A stretch of DNA of 32,000 nucleotides from Candidatus Brocadia sapporoensis (GTDB lineage: Bacteria > Planctomycetota > Brocadiia > Brocadiales > Brocadiaceae), in NCBI RefSeq assembly GCF_001753675.2, contig NZ_MJUW02000072.1, positions 1-32,000 of the forward strand. Direction: 5' to 3'. Of the stretch, positions 9,288-16,734 are shown piece after piece. The notes below the pieces were generated by a model that was given only the letters and a program-made list of their open reading frames with translations, was not told where the DNA came from and ran no database searches. Each line of letters starts with the position of its first letter. The stretch's first letter is position 1. The position numbers and the translations under genes were made by a program.

Positions 9288-9416
9288 ATGATAGGCAAAT
9301 TGTTATCCTTGTCTATGGAAAAATCAGTTGTTCCAGATATTAGTCCAAAGGCTATTATGATTATTGCTATTGCACTGATATTCGTTATTTTATTCACATG
9401 GAAAAAGGAGGGATAA
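9288..9416 (+). CDS. 42-aa single-transmembrane micro-protein (not in supplied ORF track)
   Basis: My translation: MIGKLLSLSMEKSVVPDISPKAIMIIAIALIFVILFTWKKEGG-stop region, read as MIGKLLSLSMEKSVVPDISPKAIMIIAIALIFVILFTWKKEG. Preceded by AGAGGAGG (9271-9278); TAA at 9414-9416 directly abuts the TTG start at 9417. Confidence 0.6.
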   Translation: MIGKLLSLSMEKSVVPDISPKAIMIIAIALIFVILFTWKKEG

Positions 9417-10850
9417 TTGCCTCGGAAAAACTCTGCCTTTGATCTTGTAATCATTGGCGGCGGACCAGGCGGTTATGTATCGGCTATAAGAGCCGCTCAA
9501 CTTGGGATAAAAACTGCTCTTATTGAAAAAGATAAGGTGGGAGGTGCCTGTTTGCATCAGGGTTGTATTCCAACAAAGGTGCTTCTTCGCGCAGTTGAAC
9601 TTTATGTGCGATTTTCTCGGGTAAAAGAATTTGGAATTACGGTCGAAAAACTAAGAATTGATTATTCGCAGTTGCATAGACGGAAAGAGTCTGTTGTTAA
9701 AAGACTATTTCATGGAGTCCAGTTTCTTCTCAAAAAAAATGGAGTCGAGGTTTTCGATGGTGAAGGATATCTCGAATCATCAGATACCGTTTTAATCAAA
9801 AAAGACGGAATAGACACTTACCGTGTCACGGCAAGAAATATTATCTTGGCCACCGGTTCACTTCCATTTATTCCCAACAACATTCCATACGATCGCAAAT
9901 ACGTTCTTACCAGCAATGATATTTTAGTATGCGAGGAGATCCCTAAGTCCATAATCATAGCGGGTGGTGGTGCTGTTGGGATTGAGTTTGCCTATCTCTT
10001 TAATGCTTTGGGTGCGAAGGTGACAGTTCTTGAATTTTTCAATGATATCCTCCCCGCAGAAGACAAGGAGATTAGTTCGACGTTACGGAGGATTTTCAAT
10101 AAGAGAGGGGTTGAAATATTAACAAGCTCTTCTTTAGAAAAGGTCACAATCGATGATGGTGTAATGGCAGAGATTAAAAAAGTTGACGGCACCCTTCACC
10201 CCCCTGCCACAAGCGGTAATCAAGAATTTATAAAAGCCGATTGTTTACTCCTTGCATTAGGAAGAAAACCAGCCGTGACAAACATAGGAATAGAAAATTT
10301 GCCAGTAAATTACCAGGGGAAATATCTGCAAACAAATAAAGTTATGGAAACAAGCCAAAGAGGTCTCTTTGCTATTGGCGATATTACCGGCCCCCCCCTT
10401 CTCGCGCACAAGGCGTCGCATCAAGGGTTGCTCGTCGTTTCTCACATAGCAGGCAAGGAGACAACGCCAATGAATTATCAAAGCATACCTGCGGCAACGT
10501 ATTGCTCCCCACAAGTTGCGAGTATGGGTCTCACCCAGGAAGATACGGAGAAAAGAGGATACAAAACCAGGATAGGAAAATTTCCTCTTATTGCAAACAG
10601 CAAGGCAATCATAGATGATGAATACGAAGATGGATTTTTGAAAATTATTTCAGATGATAAACACGGTGAGATATTAGGGGTACATGCTATAGGATCCAAT
10701 GTGAGTGAATTGATGTGGGGCATGTCTCTTTCAAAAATTTTAGAAGGAACAGCATTTGAGTTGGCGAATACAATATTTCCCCACCCTACCCTCTCTGAGG
10801 CTATTCTGGAAGCTGCCCATGCAATTGTTGATAGACCCATCCATATGTAA
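9417..10850 (+). CDS. Dihydrolipoamide dehydrogenase-like pyridine nucleotide-disulfide oxidoreductase
   Basis: GGGPGGYVSAIRAAQLG FAD-binding motif, GGACLHQGCIPTK redox disulfide (CxxxxC), second GGGAVGIEFAYLFNALG, C-terminal FPHPTLSEAILEAAHAI. Confidence 0.92.
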   Translation: MPRKNSAFDLVIIGGGPGGYVSAIRAAQLGIKTALIEKDKVGGACLHQGCIPTKVLLRAVELYVRFSRVKEFGITVEKLRIDYSQLHRRKESVVKRLFHGVQFLLKKNGVEVFDGEGYLESSDTVLIKKDGIDTYRVTARNIILATGSLPFIPNNIPYDRKYVLTSNDILVCEEIPKSIIIAGGGAVGIEFAYLFNALGAKVTVLEFFNDILPAEDKEISSTLRRIFNKRGVEILTSSSLEKVTIDDGVMAEIKKVDGTLHPPATSGNQEFIKADCLLLALGRKPAVTNIGIENLPVNYQGKYLQTNKVMETSQRGLFAIGDITGPPLLAHKASHQGLLVVSHIAGKETTPMNYQSIPAATYCSPQVASMGLTQEDTEKRGYKTRIGKFPLIANSKAIIDDEYEDGFLKIISDDKHGEILGVHAIGSNVSELMWGMSLSKILEGTAFELANTIFPHPTLSEAILEAAHAIVDRPIHM

Positions 10851-10920
10851 ATGAATTTACCTTTATTTTGAAACCTTACGTTCAACGAAAGGAAGGACAG
10901 CATCGCCTGTCTGGATACCC

Positions 10921-12618
10921 ATGAATAACGAAGCTGCGATTGCCTATTTTTCTATGGAAATTGGTCTTTCAAACGACATTCCTACATATAGTGGTGGTCT
11001 CGGTATTCTGGCAGGAGACACGATAAAATCAAGTGCCGATCTGGAAATACCGATTGTCGCCGTTACCCTGATTTCAAAGAAAGGTTTCTTTTCTCAGGAT
11101 ATCAACAATGAGGGAAAGCAAATCGAACATGCGGTAGACTGGGACCCCTCAAGGTTTATGGTGCGCCTGCCAAAAAAAGTTGAGGTTCAAGTTGAAGGAC
11201 GCAGTGTTTTTCTTCAAGCCTGGTGTTATACAGTGCGAAGTATTGCTGGTGGAGAAGTAGACGTCTTGTATCTTGATACGGATGTTGAGGAGAATACAAA
11301 GGAAGACAGAGAAATTACGGATGTCTTGTATGGTGGTGATATGCAGTACCGCCTGAAACAGGAGATCATACTCGGCATTGGCGGAGTACGAATGCTTCGC
11401 GCTCTCGGGTATCACATTAAAAAGTACCATATGAACGAGGGACATGCAAGTTTATTGACCCTGGAATTGCTCTTGCTCTATAAACGAGACGTTGAAAGTG
11501 TTTGGGACGAAAATTGGATCTGGGATGCCGATAGAGTAAAAGACTTATGTGTCTTTACAACCCATACTCCCATTGAAGCAGGTCACGATCGCTTTTCTTA
11601 CGATCTGGTACAAAAAGTGCTCGGTGAGATTATACCGTTGGAAGTATTGAAAAGATTCGGCGGAAAACAATATTTAAATATGACGCTTCTTGCATTAAAT
11701 CTGAGTAATTATGTAAATGGCGTGGCCAAAAAACATGGTGAGGTATCGAAAAACCTCTTCCCGGGGTATGAAATTCATGCTATTACCAACGGGGTACACT
11801 CATTTACCTGGACGTGTGAGAGTTTTAAGCGTTTATATGACAAATACATTCCGGGTTGGGCTAACGAACCGGAGCTACTTGTCCGCACGGAGATTATTCC
11901 TGACGAAGAGGTGTGGGAAGCACATATCCAGGCAAAAAGTGAGCTTGTCGATTATGTTAAAAAGGTTACTGACATAAAGATGAGTCCTGATGTATTAACA
12001 ATTGGATTTGCGAGGAGATTTACATCGTATAAAAGGGCGGACTTAATGTTTTTTGATCTTAAACGGTTTCTGAAAGTCTGTGAAAAAGGAAGGGTTCAGA
12101 TCATTTATTCAGGAAAAGCCCATCCGAAAGATACCCCCGGGAAAGATATTATAAAAAAAATTGTAGAAATTGCGAAAGCCATTAACGACAATGTCACCAT
12201 TGTATTCATAAAAAATTATTGTATCGAGGTGGCCTTAAAACTGGTTTCCGGAGTGGATATATGGCTTAATACGCCTTTGCGTCCACGGGAGGCGTCTGGT
12301 ACGAGTGGTATGAAAGCTGTGCACAATGGGGTAATTAATTTTAGTATCCTGGATGGGTGGTGGATCGAGGGTCACATTGAGGGCGTAACTGGATGGTCAA
12401 TCGGTCCAAAGCCAGTCGAATCCTCATTGATACCTGTTAGTGATGCAACTGATGCCGAAGATTTATACTACAAACTGGAAAATCTTATTATTCCCATGTA
12501 TTATAACGATAGAGGCCAATGGATCAGGGTAATGAAAAATTCGATCAGCAAACTCGCGTACTATTTCAATACCAACCGCATGATGCGTAGATATGTGACG
12601 GAGGCGTATTTAAGATAG
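10921..12618 (+). CDS. glgP: Alpha-glucan / glycogen phosphorylase
   Basis: AIAYFSMEIGLSNDIPTYSGGLGILAGDTIKSSADL, FTTHTPIEAGHDRF, ITNGVHSFTWT, FARRFTSYKRADL and RPREASGTSGMKAVHNGVINFSILDGWW motifs of the short phosphorylase type. Confidence 0.92.
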   Translation: MNNEAAIAYFSMEIGLSNDIPTYSGGLGILAGDTIKSSADLEIPIVAVTLISKKGFFSQDINNEGKQIEHAVDWDPSRFMVRLPKKVEVQVEGRSVFLQAWCYTVRSIAGGEVDVLYLDTDVEENTKEDREITDVLYGGDMQYRLKQEIILGIGGVRMLRALGYHIKKYHMNEGHASLLTLELLLLYKRDVESVWDENWIWDADRVKDLCVFTTHTPIEAGHDRFSYDLVQKVLGEIIPLEVLKRFGGKQYLNMTLLALNLSNYVNGVAKKHGEVSKNLFPGYEIHAITNGVHSFTWTCESFKRLYDKYIPGWANEPELLVRTEIIPDEEVWEAHIQAKSELVDYVKKVTDIKMSPDVLTIGFARRFTSYKRADLMFFDLKRFLKVCEKGRVQIIYSGKAHPKDTPGKDIIKKIVEIAKAINDNVTIVFIKNYCIEVALKLVSGVDIWLNTPLRPREASGTSGMKAVHNGVINFSILDGWWIEGHIEGVTGWSIGPKPVESSLIPVSDATDAEDLYYKLENLIIPMYYNDRGQWIRVMKNSISKLAYYFNTNRMMRRYVTEAYLR

Positions 12619-12696
12619 TTGTGTGCATTGAAAACGGCTTGCACTGCAATATCTGTCCATTTTAGCATTCTCAATTGTTGAAAGGTTTATTATTCG

Positions 12697-13434
12697 ATGT
12701 TGGTAAAGCATTCCTGTATAAAGCAAGATGCTAAAAATATTAAGGCGATTATTCTTGACCTGGATGACACTTTGTATGATTGCAGCGGCACCCTTGTATT
12801 ACGGGGGAGAAAACATGTTGCAAAAGTGATTGCCAGATTGATCAATTGTTCTGAAGAGGAAGCGTATCATCTGCAATTGGAGATGGAAAAAAAATATGGA
12901 ACAAGTGCGAATATCTACGAAAAAATTGTGTCAGCGCACCACCTTCCACATAACCACGCCAAGGAGTTATTGAAAGAATTTATTCGCGTTGACATCATCG
13001 GTATCTCCCTCTTCCCTGACGTAATTGAAACTCTACAGCAACTTAAAGTACAAGGTTACAAGCTAATCCTTGTTACCTCCGGAGAAAAAAAGATACAAAA
13101 CCGAAAGATTCATGCGCTCGGACTAAGTCATAACTATTTTGACGATATTTTCATTGCGGATAGAGGAAATGGGCAAACGAAATATGATTATTTCAAAGAA
13201 ATTATACAACAGTACAATTTGAGACCGGAAGAGATCATTTGTGTTGGGGATAAAATAGACGATGAATTAACTTCGAGTAGATCTTTGGGAATGATTACCG
13301 TGATGGTGGAACATGGAAGACATTATAAAACATATCTGAAAGAACAGGACAAATGCATCAAGCCCGATTATTCTATAAGACAAATTAAAGATATTTTAAG
13401 AATAACCACTACGAGTTCTTTCACAATACGCTAA
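12697..13434 (+). CDS. HAD superfamily hydrolase
   Basis: ILDLDDTLYDCSG (motif I), LILVTSGEKK (motif II), ICVGDKIDDEL (motif IV). Confidence 0.9.
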   Translation: MLVKHSCIKQDAKNIKAIILDLDDTLYDCSGTLVLRGRKHVAKVIARLINCSEEEAYHLQLEMEKKYGTSANIYEKIVSAHHLPHNHAKELLKEFIRVDIIGISLFPDVIETLQQLKVQGYKLILVTSGEKKIQNRKIHALGLSHNYFDDIFIADRGNGQTKYDYFKEIIQQYNLRPEEIICVGDKIDDELTSSRSLGMITVMVEHGRHYKTYLKEQDKCIKPDYSIRQIKDILRITTTSSFTIR

Positions 13435-13450
13435 TTTAAATATCCTATTA

Positions 13451-13924
13451 TCACACCACCATTCCAATAATAACACCTTCAAAGACAAGTTTTCCGTTCA
13501 CAACCCCCTGGGTGTCAAAGATAGCTCTTCGTGAACGCAATTCTGTATTTTTTGCAATTAAAATGAGTTTGTCACCAGGCACAACTTTTCCCCGGAATTT
13601 AACTTTATCAATACCACCGAAACCAAGAAATCGTTCGTCTTGCGTGATCTTTTTGTAATAATACGTACACAGTTGTGCCGCTGCTTCAAGCATAAGCACT
13701 CCTGGCATTAGTGGACGGCCGGGAATATGTCCTCGTACCCAGAACTCTTCATTTGAAATATCTTTATAACCTACAACAATTTTTTGCTCTGGGTCAAATT
13801 TTATAATACCGTTCAACTGTTCCATTTCATGTCTGTGGGGTATTACAGAACGAACGGTTTCAATACCGATCAATACCTTATTTAAATCTAAACTACTTAA
13901 ATCAATTAAAATATCCTGTGACAT
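13451..13924 (-). CDS. Second FabZ/FabA-like 3-hydroxyacyl-ACP dehydratase homologue
   Basis: VVGYKDISNEEFWVRGHIPGRPLMPGVLMLEAAAQLCTYYY hotdog dehydratase motif with His and Glu retained. Confidence 0.88.
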   Translation of the reverse strand: MSQDILIDLSSLDLNKVLIGIETVRSVIPHRHEMEQLNGIIKFDPEQKIVVGYKDISNEEFWVRGHIPGRPLMPGVLMLEAAAQLCTYYYKKITQDERFLGFGGIDKVKFRGKVVPGDKLILIAKNTELRSRRAIFDTQGVVNGKLVFEGVIIGMVV

Positions 13925-14060
13925 AATCGTTTATTGGGAGATTTGCTGATAAAGAGGTTAAATAAAATAGAGTTTACTTACCACGAAAATAACTTTGATA
14001 TATGTTAATAATTCAGGCGATACGATGTCAATGAAAATCCTTTTTCAAATGAAAATATTA

Positions 14061-14089
14061 TTGACAATTACAAGTTGTTTTGATATAAG
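14061..14089 (+). promoter_or_regulatory. Candidate sigma-70-like promoter for rplM-rpsI (TTGACA, 17 nt, TATAAG)
   Basis: TTGACA at 14061-14066, exactly 17-nt spacer, TATAAG at 14084-14089. Confidence 0.65.
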
Positions 14090-14153
14090 TTATACGCACT
14101 ATTAAGGGTAAGTACTAAGAATTAAAAATGATTATTTTTGTGGTTGTAAACGC

Positions 14154-14184
14154 AAAAGCGCCCTATTAATTATAAGGCGCTTTT
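14154..14184 (+). promoter_or_regulatory. Perfect 9-bp stem hairpin in rplM 5' leader
   Basis: AAAAGCGCC (14154-14162), 13-nt loop, GGCGCTTTT (14176-14184), then AATTTT. Lies between the candidate promoter and the rplM start. Confidence 0.6.
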
Positions 14185-14212
14185 AATTTTAACGGTTTTA
14201 AGGATAGACACA

Positions 14213-14647
14213 ATGAATACGTTTATGTCAAAAAAAGAAACTGTAAAAAGAAATTGGTATATTGTTAATGCTGAGGATAAAGTCTTGGGACGGATGTTAA
14301 CCACTGTTTCCAGGGTTCTTCAGGGAAAGCACAAACCGGAATATACGCCTCACGTGGATGCAGGAGATTTCGTTATCATAACGAATGCAAGCAAGATAAA
14401 GCTCACCGGTAAAAAGATGCAGGAGAAGATCCACTATTATGTAACTGGTTTTCAAGGCGGCTTGCGGAAGCGGATGGTTGGAAAGACCTTGGAAACAGCG
14501 CCCGAAAAGGTATTGAGCCGATCTGTAAGAAGGATGTTGCCAAGATCTAAACTGGGTAAGACTATGTTAAAAAAATTAAAAATATACGCCGGTGCTGAGC
14601 ATCCACATCAGGCTCAACAGCCGAAAGATCTGGTTATTCGTAACTAA
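14213..14647 (+). CDS. rplM: 50S ribosomal protein L13
   Basis: WYIVNAEDKVLGRMLTTVSRVLQGKHKPEYTPHVDAGDFVIITNASKIKLTGKK...YYVTGFQGGLRK. The start may instead be the internal ATG at 14225. Confidence 0.97.
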   Translation: MNTFMSKKETVKRNWYIVNAEDKVLGRMLTTVSRVLQGKHKPEYTPHVDAGDFVIITNASKIKLTGKKMQEKIHYYVTGFQGGLRKRMVGKTLETAPEKVLSRSVRRMLPRSKLGKTMLKKLKIYAGAEHPHQAQQPKDLVIRN

Positions 14648-14724
14648 TTCAATGCATATAAATTTCATTAAAAAAGTTTGGCATAGACAAGCGTAGTCGT
14701 CCATGCCTTTTTGAGGAGGAAGAA

Positions 14725-15120
14725 GTGTCAACTGAACAATATTTTTGGGGTACGGGAAGACGAAAATCATCTGTAGCACGAGTAAGGATAAAAAAGGGTA
14801 ATGGAAAAATTATGGTCAATGATAAGGATCTGGACTCCTATTTTCCCATTGATCGGGATAGAGGTGTGGTACGGTTTCCTTTAAAAACTACAAAGACATT
14901 AGGAGAATTTGATGTGCTAGTAAATGTAAAAGGAGGCGGTATAACTGGCCAGGCAGGTGCTATATCCCTTGGCATTGCTCGTGCGCTATTTAAATCCAAT
15001 TCTACTTTTGTTGAAACCTTACGCAATGATGGCTTATTAACGCGAGATAGCAGAATGAAAGAACGAAAAAAATATGGACGTAAAGGCGCAAGAAAGAGCT
15101 TCCAATGGACAAAAAGATAA
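14725..15120 (+). CDS. rpsI: 30S ribosomal protein S9
   Basis: GTG start after GAGGAGGAAG. GTGRRKSSVARVRIKKGNGKIMVND and C-terminal RDSRMKERKKYGRKGARKSFQWTKR. Confidence 0.97.
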   Translation: MSTEQYFWGTGRRKSSVARVRIKKGNGKIMVNDKDLDSYFPIDRDRGVVRFPLKTTKTLGEFDVLVNVKGGGITGQAGAISLGIARALFKSNSTFVETLRNDGLLTRDSRMKERKKYGRKGARKSFQWTKR

Positions 15121-15122
15121 TT

Positions 15123-16058
15123 CTACTTTGTTGATTGTAATTTTTTATAATACTCTGTCGCTAATCTGATACCTTCTTCAAAGGTAACTTTTGGTTCCCA
15201 ATTGAGCTCCTTTTTTGCCTTTGAGCTGTCCAAACTGATATGATCTATTTCTCCAGGGCGTTTCTGGCTAAAAATCGGCTCAATCTGAGATTCCAAAGCC
15301 TTTCTAACGGTATGAAATACCTCCAAGTCTGAAATCTGTTTCCCCCAACCCAAATTGTAAATTCCTCCATCTCCCACGTTACCGAGGACCATAAGGTTCG
15401 CCGCTACAATGTCTTCTACATAGACATAATCTCTCGTTTTGGAACCATCGCCAAAAATTGTGGGTGGTTTGTTCTGCAGGAGTAGTTCACTAAAAATTGC
15501 CACTACACCAGCCTCACCATGCGGAGATTGTCTTGGCCCATATACATTTGGATAGCGCAAGACGGTAAAATTCAAGCCATATAATTTATAAAAAATAGAC
15601 AAATAATGTTCTACGGTGTGCTTGCTAACACCATATTGCGAAAGAGGCTCAACGGGACATGTTTCCTGAACAGGTAAATCCTTGGGTTCTCCATAAACGG
15701 CACCGCCAGTCGAGACGTAAATGAACTTTTTAATTTGATATTTTTTTGACAACTCACAGAGATTGAGGGAGCCAAGAATATTAATATTTGCGTCATAAAC
15801 TGGCATTTCCACCGATTTACGTACATTGACGTGAGCTGCGTGGTGATTTACGATCTCAGGTCTTTCTCTTTTAAATACCTCTTCCAAAGCTTGAGCATCA
15901 CAAATGTCTGTCAGATAAAATGATGCCTTAGGGTTAACGTTTTCTTTTTGCCCGGCAGAAAGATTATCAACTACAATCACGCGATGACCATGTGCAATCA
16001 AGCGGTCTACTAAATGGGAAGCAATAAAACCAGCGCCACCGGTAACAAGTATCTTCAT
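15123..16058 (-). CDS. NAD-dependent sugar epimerase/dehydratase, UDP-glucose 4-epimerase-like
   Basis: MKILVTGGAGFIASHLVDRLIAHGHRVIVVDNLSAG, YGVSKHTVEHY catalytic YxxxK, RYPNVYGPRQ. Confidence 0.93.
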   Translation of the reverse strand: MKILVTGGAGFIASHLVDRLIAHGHRVIVVDNLSAGQKENVNPKASFYLTDICDAQALEEVFKRERPEIVNHHAAHVNVRKSVEMPVYDANINILGSLNLCELSKKYQIKKFIYVSTGGAVYGEPKDLPVQETCPVEPLSQYGVSKHTVEHYLSIFYKLYGLNFTVLRYPNVYGPRQSPHGEAGVVAIFSELLLQNKPPTIFGDGSKTRDYVYVEDIVAANLMVLGNVGDGGIYNLGWGKQISDLEVFHTVRKALESQIEPIFSQKRPGEIDHISLDSSKAKKELNWEPKVTFEEGIRLATEYYKKLQSTK

Positions 16059-16165
16059 AAATAAAGTCCCCCTTTTTTGGTATTGTTATACGTTTTGCAA
16101 TGTGGCCAGATCAGGGTTATCATTATAGCAAAATTATGAAATTAATCAATAAACATAAATTATTC

Positions 16166-16195
16166 TTGCAAATTCTACACTGTGTAGAATATAAT
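16166..16195 (+). promoter_or_regulatory. Sigma-70-like promoter with embedded operator palindrome (TTGCAA, 18 nt, TATAAT)
   Basis: TTGCAA at 16166-16171, TATAAT at 16190-16195. The 19-bp perfect palindrome ATTCTACACTGTGTAGAAT occupies 16172-16190. Confidence 0.75.
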
Positions 16196-16284
16196 CATGC
16201 CTATAATGCACGGCTCATAATAAGTACCTTTACTCAAAAAGATCGTGTCAATTTTAAGACCTTTTTCTTGCAAAAGAATACCTT

Positions 16285-16719
16285 ATGGGTAAACAGTTGA
16301 AATTCAATTTCAATCCTTTTAAAGAAGGATTGAACCATGTCTTAGGGACTCTGGAGAAAGATATTATGGAGGTATTGTGGAAGCACGGAGAGTCATCGGT
16401 AAAGGACATTTTGGATACTCTTCCGGCCGGCAGAAACATTTCATATTCTGCAGTGATTACCGTTACCAATCGAATGACCAAGAAAGCGCTTCTTCAGAAA
16501 AGGAAAGTGGGAAAGGCGTATTTTTATACGCCTATCTACGATAGAGAGAAATTCTTTGAAATTATATCAAAAAAAGTCGTGGAAGGAATTTCGGGATTTT
16601 CTCTTCAGTCAGCAATGGTGCATTTTGTGGACTATATGTCGCAAATGGATCCAGAAAAAATTGAATATTTTTCCAAACTGATCGAATCCAAGAGGCAATC
16701 ATTATCAAAAAAACGTTGA
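16285..16719 (+). CDS. BlaI/MecI/CopY-family transcriptional repressor
   Basis: LGTLEKDIMEVLWKHGESSVKDILDTLPAGRNISYSAVITVTNRMTKKALLQKRKVGKAYFYTP winged-helix signature. Confidence 0.93.
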   Translation: MGKQLKFNFNPFKEGLNHVLGTLEKDIMEVLWKHGESSVKDILDTLPAGRNISYSAVITVTNRMTKKALLQKRKVGKAYFYTPIYDREKFFEIISKKVVEGISGFSLQSAMVHFVDYMSQMDPEKIEYFSKLIESKRQSLSKKR

Positions 16720-16734
16720 GAATTCAAAGTAAAC

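Noticed and set aside
9191-9454. 87-aa minus-strand ORF covering the gap before the Lpd-like gene
   Set aside because: It overlaps the start of the strongly supported Lpd-like gene and the better supported + strand 42-aa ORF, and has no ribosome-binding or family evidence.
16100-16300. 66-aa + strand ORF upstream of the BlaI-like gene
   Set aside because: It overlaps the promoter/operator region and runs into the 16285 gene in another frame; composition looks non-coding.
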